Origin: a virus
Taxonomy: Duplodnaviria; Caudoviricetes
Reading direction: 5' to 3' (one strand)
DNA length: 36,295 nucleotides
IMG/VR virus record: IMGVR_UViG_3300046779_000312
Coordinates: 1 to 36,295 of that record
The translations under genes and the position numbers were made by a program. Shown one piece after another: positions 8,243 to 16,964 of the stretch. Every line of letters starts with the position of its first letter. The stretch's first letter is position 1. The notes under the pieces are model-generated. The model made no database searches and was not told where the DNA came from. It was given only the letters and a program-made list of their open reading frames with translations.

Positions 8243-8473
8243 TTAGAAGAAAGGTAATCCTGATTTCTTAGTAGTTTCAAGATTATCCTTGATTATTTCC
8301 GATATGATTTCACGATCTTCGTATGTAAGGGCAAATGCATCGTCGATAGTAATACTACCACGCATGTACCAGCACAATTTGAATAATTCAGTTCTTACGG
8401 ATTTTGCTTCTTTATCGAGCCCTTCAACTTCTCGTAGTGCCTCTTCGAGTGTTAGATTGAAGAGCTTTACCCG
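8243..8473 (-). CDS. -1 frame extension of the gp26-like chaperone (gp51-like / gpT-like segment); alternatively a 40-aa ORF from ATG 8365
   Basis: Not in the ORF track. Open frame RVKLFNLTLEEALREVEGLDKEAKSVRTELFKLCWYMRGSITIDDAFALTYEDREIISEIIKDNLETTKKSGLPFF* begins at the slippery heptamer T-TTT-TTC (8479-8473). Confidence 0.7.
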   Translation of the reverse strand, partial: RVKLFNLTLEEALREVEGLDKEAKSVRTELFKLCWYMRGSITIDDAFALTYEDREIISEIIKDNLETTKKSGLPFF

Positions 8474-9333
8474 AAAAAATTTGAAGCGTCTAGTCCTATA
8501 GGTGTTTCGAACTCAGCAGGCGCACCTTGCTCTTGTTCTTCTAATGTCGTTTGAACTTTAAAGGCAGGCATTTGGAACTTATCACGTTGCTTTTCTAAGT
8601 GTTCAATGATTGCAGTATAAAAGTCCTTGTCCGCATTATCAATAAATTCCTTAATGAATACAGGATCAGTAACTTCACCGTCAGGTGTTACTATCTTAAC
8701 TAAACTTCTAGAAACTGAACTAATTGTAATTTCGGTTAGTGCTTTAAAGCTCTTATTAAATTGAGCAATCTTTTGTTCTTCTGTTAACTCTTGACTGTTA
8801 ACAATATTAAAAATACGCTGTTCCTCTAAGCTCTTTAAACTACTTTGAGTAAATTCTTCGTAGTTTAACGGACGCAAGTAAGCAGTGATTTCGTCGTTGA
8901 TTTTAACTTCCGGATCAAATGTTGCACCTAACAGTTTGTCTAATGCTAATCTTAAGTCAGTAGTATATGTTTTGGTATTACTAGTTCCAGGAATAGTAAT
9001 ATCTACTTCAATTTGCTCGCCATATGTAGCAATACGTATAGCAATTAAAATAGCATCGATGTCAATACTAGGTACTGCCCAACCATTTTTAATATTAGGC
9101 ATACAACTTTGAATAACGTCAACTGTGCTTTGACCGTTTAGTAAAGCGTCGGGAGTTTTAATAGCAATTTCATCTCTAGCAGTCATAGCATACACAGGAA
9201 ACTCCATATTCTGTGTAAACTCTAGTGTTCCTGGTGGATAAAAATTACCAGAACTAGGCAACTTAACATAAAGTTTTGGTTGTCTGAAATACTTTTTTAA
9301 CGGGTTTTGTGGTACTGCTACTTGATTTTCCAT
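8467..9333 (-). CDS. Baseplate hub / tail assembly chaperone (T4 gp26-like)
   Basis: NPLKKYFRQPKLYVKLPS.G..Y, MTARDE, DIDAILIAIRIATYGE and C-terminal NFF resemble gp26-type hub assembly proteins; adjacent to the tape-measure-like gene. Confidence 0.7.
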   Translation of the reverse strand: MENQVAVPQNPLKKYFRQPKLYVKLPSSGNFYPPGTLEFTQNMEFPVYAMTARDEIAIKTPDALLNGQSTVDVIQSCMPNIKNGWAVPSIDIDAILIAIRIATYGEQIEVDITIPGTSNTKTYTTDLRLALDKLLGATFDPEVKINDEITAYLRPLNYEEFTQSSLKSLEEQRIFNIVNSQELTEEQKIAQFNKSFKALTEITISSVSRSLVKIVTPDGEVTDPVFIKEFIDNADKDFYTAIIEHLEKQRDKFQMPAFKVQTTLEEQEQGAPAEFETPIGLDASNFFG

Positions 9334-9347
9334 GCAATTTTACTCCA

Positions 9348-9380
9348 ACTAAATAATATACTGCTGTACCATTATTTATA
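9348..9380. promoter_or_regulatory. Pair of face-to-face late promoters
   Basis: ACTAAATA on + (9348-9355) pointing towards 9405, and a perfect TATAAATA on - (9380-9373) pointing towards 9333. Confidence 0.65.
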
Positions 9381-9404
9381 TACGCAGTTTTTGACGGAAA
9401 AATT

Positions 9405-11768
9405 ATGCCAGTAAAAGCCATAGGTGTACCAGGAGCCGGTACAATTACCATAGAGAATGCTGCCGAAGAATCTACGATGCGTCAGATTCTGGCCGCTATT
9501 AACAAAAGCGGCTTGCCTAGCGGTAAAGAATCAGCAACACCTGGCGCGGCCATGACTGAAACCGACAAGGCAATGTCGGAAAAAATAAGAGCGGCACAAG
9601 GCGAAGAAGACAAGTTTTCAAAACGAGCAAAAATGGCTGGCGAGTCTATTGCATTTGCCGCAGAGAGTTTTGGTAAAACGTTTTCAAATACCACTCCAAC
9701 AATTAAAGACTTTTCTGGTGTATTAAGTCAAATGCCAGGTGGAAACATTAAGGGCATTAACAATATTATTACGCAGTTTGGTGGAACTCTTGAGGATCAA
9801 ATACAAATCTTTAGAACATTAAGTGGCTCTGGCATTGACTTAGGCGACTCACTACTTCAAGCACAATTAAGTGCAGGCGAAGCAAGACTTCCTTTAGAAA
9901 TTTTTGGAAAAACAATTAAAGATAATTCTCAGATGTTAGCAATGGCATTTGGTAGTGCTACTGCTGGTGCTACTAAGTTTGCCGAAACACAAGGTAAGTT
10001 TATGGCACAATCGGGTCAGAAATTTGCCGCACTTGGTTTTAGTATGGACGAACTAGCACAATATAATGCTAGTTACATGGAAATGCAACAACGTAACGGG
10101 CGTTTATCAAGAATGTCTACTGATGAAATTGTTGCAGGTCAAGAAAGATACAATGAAGAACTAGACAGACTAGCAAAAGCGACTGGACTATCTAGACAAC
10201 AGTTAGACGAAGCAAACAAAGCGGCGCAACGCGATGCTAGAATGAAATTAGCATTGGGCAAGTTAGACGAAGGTCAACAAGCCGCAGTTAATGCGAAAAT
10301 TAAACAATTAGAACAACTAGACCCAACAGGCAAAATGGCCGCAGGCTTTAAAGATTTAATTGCCGGCGGAGGTGTTGCTCTTACAGCAGAAGCAAGACAG
10401 TTTACATTGTCTATGCAAAGTGCAGGAGTTGATGCTAGTAAAATGTCTAGAGATATTTTTAGTGGATCTAAAGATGCTGTAGACAATATGAATGCAGGAT
10501 TTAGTCGAGCAGCCAAAGCAAGTGAAAGCATAACCGAAGGTGAACGCAGAACAGCAGCCGCAATGGCAACAATGGGTCAAGTAACACCGATGTTAGGTAA
10601 AGCAGTTCTTCAAGGTATGGGCGATTCTGCTAAAGCCGTAGAAATGGCCAAAGAAGAACAGAAGAAACGTTTAGAAGCCGCTAAAACAGACCCAACAAGA
10701 CAAGTTGCAGGATTAGACCAAACACTAACACAAGTACAAAACTCATTTAAAAAATCGTTTATCGAAACAGGCGTGTTAGATAATACCGCTAGCGGAATGA
10801 AGAAAGCCGCAGAAGGCGCCGAGTTTGTTGCACAGAAGTTTAAAGAGTTAAGTCCTGAAAACCGCATGACTACTCTTTTTGGTGCAGCCTTAGGTAAAAC
10901 TATCACAGATGCCGCACTAGCAGAAGGATATAAGGCCGCAGTTAGTGCCGCTGGCGCAAAGAAGGCCGGCATGACTGTTGAAGAATATGAAAAAGCCAAG
11001 AAAGCCGGTAAGATTGTTGAACCAGAAGTTAAAGCACCAGCAAGTGAACCGGTAAAACCAACAGCAGGTACAGCAGCCACAAGTGCTGCCGATGATATTG
11101 CAAAAGCAAGTAAGATGGAAAAAATTGTTGCTACATTAAAAAGTCCTTTTGCGTGGGCTATAGCAACAACCGCGGGTTTAATCATTTACAAAGACGAAGT
11201 TGTAGATTTTATGACTCCAGATTTTTTAAAGAATAAAACAGCCGCTACAGCAGATCAAAAAGAAAAAACAAAAAATGTAGTGCCCGGAGCAGAAATTCCA
11301 AAAGCCAACGAACCAAAAGTTCCAGAATTGCCTGCAGATGCTGTAGCCAAAATGAATAATGAAGTTAATGCTCTCAAGACAGCATTAAAAGATATCGACT
11401 ATTCGAAATTAATGTTCCCAGAAGCAGTGGGTACAAGTATTGATTCAGGTGTGATCAAGTTAAAAACTCTTAGAGATGAGATTACTACAACTACAAGTGC
11501 GTTCAAAGACTTTAGTAATGTCAATTTACAAAACTTGAATTCAAATATTAGCAAGTTAAGTGAGACACTTAAAGAAGTTAACAAACCAAAAGAAGATGGT
11601 AAGGTATCTTCGGCAACGGGATTTAATGATTCCAACAAGCAAGTCGTCGAGTTGCTAAATCAGTTAAATACTAACATGGGCAACCTTGCAAGTATGCAAG
11701 GAGATGCCGTTGATTATCTAAGTAAAACAGCCAAATATACTAGACAAGCATCAAACAATACTGTATAA
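9405..11768 (+). CDS. Putative tail tape measure protein
   Basis: 787 aa, Ala/Gly/Lys/Gln-rich and helical-looking; ELDRLAKATGLSRQQL motif; hydrophobic segment SPFAWAIATTAGLIIY; coiled-coil C-terminus; next to the chaperone gene. Confidence 0.6.
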   Translation: MPVKAIGVPGAGTITIENAAEESTMRQILAAINKSGLPSGKESATPGAAMTETDKAMSEKIRAAQGEEDKFSKRAKMAGESIAFAAESFGKTFSNTTPTIKDFSGVLSQMPGGNIKGINNIITQFGGTLEDQIQIFRTLSGSGIDLGDSLLQAQLSAGEARLPLEIFGKTIKDNSQMLAMAFGSATAGATKFAETQGKFMAQSGQKFAALGFSMDELAQYNASYMEMQQRNGRLSRMSTDEIVAGQERYNEELDRLAKATGLSRQQLDEANKAAQRDARMKLALGKLDEGQQAAVNAKIKQLEQLDPTGKMAAGFKDLIAGGGVALTAEARQFTLSMQSAGVDASKMSRDIFSGSKDAVDNMNAGFSRAAKASESITEGERRTAAAMATMGQVTPMLGKAVLQGMGDSAKAVEMAKEEQKKRLEAAKTDPTRQVAGLDQTLTQVQNSFKKSFIETGVLDNTASGMKKAAEGAEFVAQKFKELSPENRMTTLFGAALGKTITDAALAEGYKAAVSAAGAKKAGMTVEEYEKAKKAGKIVEPEVKAPASEPVKPTAGTAATSAADDIAKASKMEKIVATLKSPFAWAIATTAGLIIYKDEVVDFMTPDFLKNKTAATADQKEKTKNVVPGAEIPKANEPKVPELPADAVAKMNNEVNALKTALKDIDYSKLMFPEAVGTSIDSGVIKLKTLRDEITTTTSAFKDFSNVNLQNLNSNISKLSETLKEVNKPKEDGKVSSATGFNDSNKQVVELLNQLNTNMGNLASMQGDAVDYLSKTAKYTRQASNNTV

Positions 11769-11780
11769 TAGGAATTAATA

Positions 11781-13475
11781 ATGAGTTGGAAAAGACATTT
11801 TTCGCCAGTTGAATCTGGTAACATTAGTCCAATATCAGGCGCCGGAGGCAAGCCTGGACCAGCTCGCACGAACTACAGTTCATATCTTCCTGACGTTTAT
11901 ACAGGCAGTCCTAATCGTGTTGAACGCTATATGCAATACGATACAATGGATATCGATAGTGAAGTTAATGCGGCACTAGATATCTTAGCAGAGTTTTGTA
12001 CACAAAAGAACAAGGAAAACGGTACACCGTTTACATTACAGTTTAGAAATCGTGCTACAAATTCAGAAATTAAAATTCTAAAAGAGTACTTACAGCAATG
12101 GTCTAAGTTACAACAACTAGACAGTCGCATGTTCCGTATTGCTCGTAACTTATTCAAGTACGGCGATGGTTTCTTTGTACGTGATCCCGAAACACAAAAG
12201 TGGTATTACATCGATCCGGGCAAAGTAGTTAAGATTATTGTTAACGAAAGCGAAGGTAAGAAGCCTGAGCAATATGTTATTCGTGACTTAAACATTAACT
12301 TACAAGATCTTGTAGTTACACAGATTAATCCTAATACGCAAAATACACAACCTGGTGGCGCCGCTTACGTTCAAGGCGGCAGTGGTGCCCGCGGTATGAC
12401 TGGTGCATACCCACAACAAACCGGCACACGCTTTAGTCGTAGTCAAAATGAGTTTGCTATTGATGCAAAACATGTTATTCATCTAAGTTTAAGCGAAGGA
12501 TTAGACAACAACTATCCATTTGGCAATAGTTTATTAGAATCTGTATTCAAAGTTTATAAACAAAAAGAATTATTAGAAGATGCGATTATCATTTATCGCA
12601 TACAACGTGCTCCAGAGCGTAGAATTTTCTACATCGACGTTGGTAATATGCCAAGTCACTTGGCTATGGGCTTTGTTGAAAGGGTAAAAAATGAAATTCA
12701 TCAAAGACGCATACCTAGTAGTACCGGTGGCGGTAGTGCTATTGATAGTGCTTATAACCCACTATCTATCAATGAAGATTACTTCTTCCCTCAAACAGCA
12801 GAAGGTAGAGGATCCAAAGTTGAAACTCTTCCAGGAGGAACGAATCTTGGCGAGATTGACGACTTAAAATACTTTACTAACAAGTTAATGAGAGCGTTGC
12901 GTATTCCTAGCAGTTACTTGCCAACAGGTGCAGATGATAGTCAAGCGGCATTTAACGACGGTCGTGTAGGAACCGCATACATTCAAGAACTACGTTTTAA
13001 CAAATACTGTGAGCGTTTACAAACATTAATGATTCAAACCTTTGATACGGAATTTAAACTGTTCTTGTATAACAAAGGTGTAAACATTGACTTTAGTTTG
13101 TTTGATTTACGCTTCCAAAGTCCACAAAACTTTGCGGCATATCGTCAAGCAGAACTAGACAATCAACGTATTAATACGTTTGCACAAATTGTTCAGTTAC
13201 CTTTTATGAGTAAGCGTTTCTCATTGAAGCGTTTCTTAGGTATGACAGACGAAGACTTAGCAGAAAATGAACGTATGTGGAAAGAAGAAAGCGGTATGGC
13301 TAAGTCTAATCCTATAGATGCCGCAGGCGAATTGCGTACAGCAGGTGTAAGTCCAACAGGCATTGCATCAGATGCACAAGCAATGGCCGGAGAAACACCT
13401 GCACCAGAAGGAATGGCTCCAGAAGCAGGAGCAGAAGGCGCACCAGCCGAAGCACCAGCCGCACCTCCAGCATAA
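11781..13475 (+). CDS. gp20: Portal protein (T4 gp20-like)
   Basis: EVNAALDI, LLEDAIIIYRIQRAPERRIFYIDVGNMP, EDYFFPQTAEGRGSKVETLPGG, ALRIPSSYL and ELRF. Confidence 0.95.
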   Translation: MSWKRHFSPVESGNISPISGAGGKPGPARTNYSSYLPDVYTGSPNRVERYMQYDTMDIDSEVNAALDILAEFCTQKNKENGTPFTLQFRNRATNSEIKILKEYLQQWSKLQQLDSRMFRIARNLFKYGDGFFVRDPETQKWYYIDPGKVVKIIVNESEGKKPEQYVIRDLNINLQDLVVTQINPNTQNTQPGGAAYVQGGSGARGMTGAYPQQTGTRFSRSQNEFAIDAKHVIHLSLSEGLDNNYPFGNSLLESVFKVYKQKELLEDAIIIYRIQRAPERRIFYIDVGNMPSHLAMGFVERVKNEIHQRRIPSSTGGGSAIDSAYNPLSINEDYFFPQTAEGRGSKVETLPGGTNLGEIDDLKYFTNKLMRALRIPSSYLPTGADDSQAAFNDGRVGTAYIQELRFNKYCERLQTLMIQTFDTEFKLFLYNKGVNIDFSLFDLRFQSPQNFAAYRQAELDNQRINTFAQIVQLPFMSKRFSLKRFLGMTDEDLAENERMWKEESGMAKSNPIDAAGELRTAGVSPTGIASDAQAMAGETPAPEGMAPEAGAEGAPAEAPAAPPA

Positions 13476-13478
13476 ATA
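13471..13478 (+). promoter_or_regulatory. Late promoter (CATAAATA)
   Basis: 7/8 match to TATAAATA; overlaps the portal stop codon and ends 5 nt before ATG 13484. Confidence 0.55.
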
Positions 13479-13483
13479 ATAGT

Positions 13484-13723
13484 ATGATCCTACGTGAACT
13501 ATTTTATTTTAATAGAGATACTGCTGAATTAGAGCAGGACGACAGTTATATCGCTGATCGCGATACAGATCGTCTTGACGGTTTAGAAGATACTAGAAAG
13601 ACTCGTTTAACTCTCGGTCAAATTAACGAGTTACGTAGAGCATCTGACCAACACATGAAAGAAACTCAAGCAGAGTTAGAATTTATCAGCCGTATGTACG
13701 CGGCTCCGCCACCAGCGGCCTGA
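13484..13723 (+). CDS. Small hypothetical head-module protein
   Basis: 79 aa, MILRELF...DTRKTRLTLGQINELRR...MY; lies between portal and prohead core genes. Confidence 0.7.
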   Translation: MILRELFYFNRDTAELEQDDSYIADRDTDRLDGLEDTRKTRLTLGQINELRRASDQHMKETQAELEFISRMYAAPPPAA

Positions 13724-13734
13724 TAAATTAATAC

Positions 13735-14310
13735 ATGAATCACGCATTTGTATTAGGTAATGGGCGTTCTCGCCTGGTAGTAGATCCTACAAGATTAAAA
13801 GAATTAGGAAAATTATACGGCTGTAACGCTTTATATCGAGACTGCGAACCTGATTTTTTAATTGCTGTAGATCCAAAAATGGTGTTTGAAATAGCCGATA
13901 AGGCAGTACACACACGTATCCCAGTGTACACAAACATCAATACAAAAGTTAAAAATATCCCCAAATTGAACTTTATAGATCCTAGCAAAGGCTGGAGTAG
14001 TGGGCCAACAGCACTATGGATTGCTACTAATCATGGCTATGAAACTATCTTTATACTAGGGTTTGATTATGTAGGTATTAACGACAAACTAAACAATGTT
14101 TATGCTGATACACACAACTATAGACGTAGCACAGACCCTGCAACATTCAATGGTAACTGGCAACGTCAAACCGAAAGTGTCATCAAAGAAAATCCTAATA
14201 CTAAATACATCAGGGTTATGCCGCCAGGTTCGCAAGAATTTGGATGGCAAAAATACAAAAATTACAGCACAATGACTTATGATGAGTTTAAATCTGTAAT
14301 TAAATATTAA
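13735..14310 (+). CDS. Hypothetical protein with glycosyltransferase-like (MAF_flag10/DUF115, sialyltransferase-like) motifs
   Basis: AFVLGNGRSR, YGCNALY, PDFLIAVD, WSSGPTAL and IFILGFD. The ORF is solid; the function is inferred. Confidence 0.55.
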   Translation: MNHAFVLGNGRSRLVVDPTRLKELGKLYGCNALYRDCEPDFLIAVDPKMVFEIADKAVHTRIPVYTNINTKVKNIPKLNFIDPSKGWSSGPTALWIATNHGYETIFILGFDYVGINDKLNNVYADTHNYRRSTDPATFNGNWQRQTESVIKENPNTKYIRVMPPGSQEFGWQKYKNYSTMTYDEFKSVIKY

Positions 14311-14324
14311 AATATCGTATTTTG

Positions 14325-14347
14325 AACCGGTTTGTACCGGTTTTTTT
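14325..14347 (+). terminator. Rho-independent terminator
   Basis: AACCGGT-TTGT-ACCGGTT followed by a T run. Confidence 0.75.
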
Positions 14348-14355
14348 ATGTACAT

Positions 14356-14363
14356 AGTAAATA
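14356..14363 (+). promoter_or_regulatory. Late promoter (AGTAAATA) for the head operon
   Basis: TAAATA core just after the terminator; SD AGGAG precedes ATG 14418. Confidence 0.55.
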
Positions 14364-14417
14364 CATTCGACAGCCTTGTGAGGCAATTTTGCCTCATCAC
14401 ACATATAGGAGAATAAC

Positions 14418-15194
14418 ATGACTGATCGCGCAAAGTTCGAGCAGATGCTTGAATATCTAATTAATGAAGACAAATCCAAAGCCGAAGAACTTTTCCACGA
14501 ATTAATCGTTGCAAAGTCTCGCGAAATTTACGAAAACTTGTTAGACGATGATCTAACATTTGACCAACCAGCAGAAGAAGCATTTGGCCTAGAAGGTACA
14601 GATGAGCCTGCTGATGATTTACTAGGTGACATCGATGCTGATTCAGACGAAGGTGGCATGGATGACATGGGCGGTGGCGATGAAGAGCCAGCAACTGTAG
14701 GCGACTTAGACTTAATGAAGCAAGACATCATTGATGCTTTAACAGCAGAATTTGAACAAATGATGGGCGGCGACAAAGAAGAAGGCGGTGATGAATTCCC
14801 AGCAGGCGGTGACGCAGGTGCCGATGAAGAACCAGCAGCCGACGAAGAAGGCGAAGAAGAAGAAACTAAAGAAGACTTCGTTGTAGAATATGTAGAAAAA
14901 GTTTCTGCTCCAAAAGGCGGAGACAATGGTGCTAACACAAAGAGCATCGTAGCCGGTAAGAACGATATGGGCGGTACAACTGCTAACATCGTTAAAGGTG
15001 GCGAAGCAAAAGGCGAAGGCACAAAGGGTGGTTTATTAAACCCAGCAACAAAGGATTTGAATTCTGGAAACGTTAATGTTCCAGGTTCAAAAAATGCGAC
15101 AAAACTAAGTAGCGTAGCGAAAGGTCACGGCGCAGAGAAGAAAGGTGCCGCCGAAAGCGGTGCTGACACCAAAAGCATTATTGGTGGCAAGTAA
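14418..15194 (+). CDS. Putative prohead core / scaffolding protein
   Basis: Very acidic middle region and Gly/Lys-rich C-terminus; occupies the T4 gp67/gp68 position between portal and protease. Confidence 0.55.
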   Translation: MTDRAKFEQMLEYLINEDKSKAEELFHELIVAKSREIYENLLDDDLTFDQPAEEAFGLEGTDEPADDLLGDIDADSDEGGMDDMGGGDEEPATVGDLDLMKQDIIDALTAEFEQMMGGDKEEGGDEFPAGGDAGADEEPAADEEGEEEETKEDFVVEYVEKVSAPKGGDNGANTKSIVAGKNDMGGTTANIVKGGEAKGEGTKGGLLNPATKDLNSGNVNVPGSKNATKLSSVAKGHGAEKKGAAESGADTKSIIGGK

Positions 15195-15214
15195 GGTTAA
15201 CTAGGGTCTAATAG

Positions 15215-15847
15215 ATGAGTAACTTTTACTTACGTGAGAATTTAACGTTCGACCAAGCCCGAATGGTTGTGGAATCGGATGGTGCTGACGGTAAGAACCT
15301 TTATATGAAAGGTATCTGCATCCAAGGCGGCATCCGTAACGCAAATCAGCGTGTGTATCCTGTGAGCGAAATCGGCAGGGCTGTCAAGACACTAAACGAC
15401 CAGATCACTGGCGGATATTCAGTTCTCGGCGAAGTAGATCATCCAGATGACCTGAAGATTAACTTAGATCGTGTAAGCCATATGATTACAGAAATGTGGA
15501 TGGATGGCCCTAACGGTTATGGAAAACTTAAGATTCTTCCAACCCCAATGGGACAATTAGTGAAAACTATGTTGGAAAGTGGTGTTAAGTTAGGTGTTAG
15601 TTCACGCGGATCCGGAAACGTCAAAGAAGACGGTTCCGGTGAAGTATCGGATTTCGAGATTATTACGGTAGACGTAGTAGCTCAACCATCAGCCCCAGGT
15701 GCGTATCCAACGCCCATTTATGAGCATCTCATGAATACAAGGGGAGGTTATAAGGCAATTTTAACAGCAAAAGAAGTTCAAGGCGACAACAAGGCACAGC
15801 AATACTTAAAAGAGAGCTTATTAAAGATAATAAGCGGACTCCAATAA
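15215..15847 (+). CDS. gp21: Prohead core protease (T4 gp21-like)
   Basis: GICIQGGIRNANQRVYP, LGEVDHP, VSH, GVKLGVSSRGSG and DVVAQPSAPGAY. Confidence 0.95.
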   Translation: MSNFYLRENLTFDQARMVVESDGADGKNLYMKGICIQGGIRNANQRVYPVSEIGRAVKTLNDQITGGYSVLGEVDHPDDLKINLDRVSHMITEMWMDGPNGYGKLKILPTPMGQLVKTMLESGVKLGVSSRGSGNVKEDGSGEVSDFEIITVDVVAQPSAPGAYPTPIYEHLMNTRGGYKAILTAKEVQGDNKAQQYLKESLLKIISGLQ

Positions 15848-15862
15848 CAAGGGAGAATCACA

Positions 15863-16954
15863 ATGTTGGATGCACTAAAAAGTTTATTCGAAAACAACGT
15901 GATTTCCGAAGAAATCAAAGCAGACCTTCAGGCTGCTTGGGATGCCAAAATCGCTGAAAACCGCGAACAGGCTACACAATCACTACGCGAAGAATTTGCT
16001 CAGAAATATGAGCATGACAAAAATACAATGATCGAAGCAATCAACTCAATGATTGAAGATCGTTTATCTATCGAAATCCAAGAATTTGCAGAAGATCGCA
16101 ATCAACTAGCAGAGGCGAAAGCCAAGTATGCTGTTGCTATTCGCGAGCATTCAGGCAAACTAAATGAATTCGTAATCACATCTCTAGCAAAAGAAATTTC
16201 TGAACTTCACGAAGATCAGAAAGTTATGGCAGAGAACTTCGCAAAGTTAGAGCAGTTCGTAGTAGAAGCATTGGCTAAGGAAATTGCAGACTTCTATGAA
16301 GACAAGAAAGATTTAGCAGAAACTAAAGTACGTCTTGTTAAAGAAGCGAAAGAACAATTTGCTCAGTTAAAGAGCAAATTCATCAAGACATCAGCAGAAC
16401 TAGTTGAGTCTACTGTAAAAACAGGTCTTGAAAAAGAAATTCATCAACTTAAAGAAGACATCGACCAAGCTCGTCAAAACGACTTTGGACGTAAAATCTT
16501 CGAAGCATTTACTTCTGAATATCAGAACAGTCTTCACAATGAAAAGAGTGAAACTGCTAAGTTACTAAAAGTAATTGCAGAAAAAGAACAGAAACTCGCA
16601 GAAGCACAGAGCATTATTTCTGAAAAGCAACAGTTAGTTGAAAGTACACAGCAAGAAATTGCTCGCGCACAAGAAACTGCTGAACGCCGTGAAGTAATGA
16701 ACGAACTTCTAAGTCCTTTGAACAAGGACCAAAAAGATATTATGGGCGAGTTACTAGAAAGTGTGCAAACTGGCAAACTACGTAGTAGTTTTGACAAGTA
16801 CCTACCTGCTGTATTAAGCGGTAGCACACCGGAGAAGAAGAAGGCTCTTGTAGAGGCTAAAGAAATAACAGGCAATAAAGAATCAAATAGCATTAGTAGT
16901 GCTAATAGCCAGGCGGAAGTAATAAACATTCGTCGCCTTGCTGGATTAAAATAA
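15863..16954 (+). CDS. gp22: Prohead scaffolding protein (gp22-like)
   Basis: Long Glu/Lys/Ala coiled-coil protein between protease and major capsid gene; ends IRRLAGLK. Confidence 0.75.
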   Translation: MLDALKSLFENNVISEEIKADLQAAWDAKIAENREQATQSLREEFAQKYEHDKNTMIEAINSMIEDRLSIEIQEFAEDRNQLAEAKAKYAVAIREHSGKLNEFVITSLAKEISELHEDQKVMAENFAKLEQFVVEALAKEIADFYEDKKDLAETKVRLVKEAKEQFAQLKSKFIKTSAELVESTVKTGLEKEIHQLKEDIDQARQNDFGRKIFEAFTSEYQNSLHNEKSETAKLLKVIAEKEQKLAEAQSIISEKQQLVESTQQEIARAQETAERREVMNELLSPLNKDQKDIMGELLESVQTGKLRSSFDKYLPAVLSGSTPEKKKALVEAKEITGNKESNSISSANSQAEVINIRRLAGLK

Positions 16955-16964
16955 GGAGATTTAT

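Noticed and set aside
8289-9451. ORFs 8289..8501, 8885..9112 and 9263..9451
   Set aside because: Antisense to, or out of frame with, the gp26-like gene and its extension; no RBS or protein-like features.
9482-16929. Numerous minus-strand ORFs opposite the tape measure, portal, core and scaffold genes
   Set aside because: Antisense shadows expected from codon bias of the real genes.
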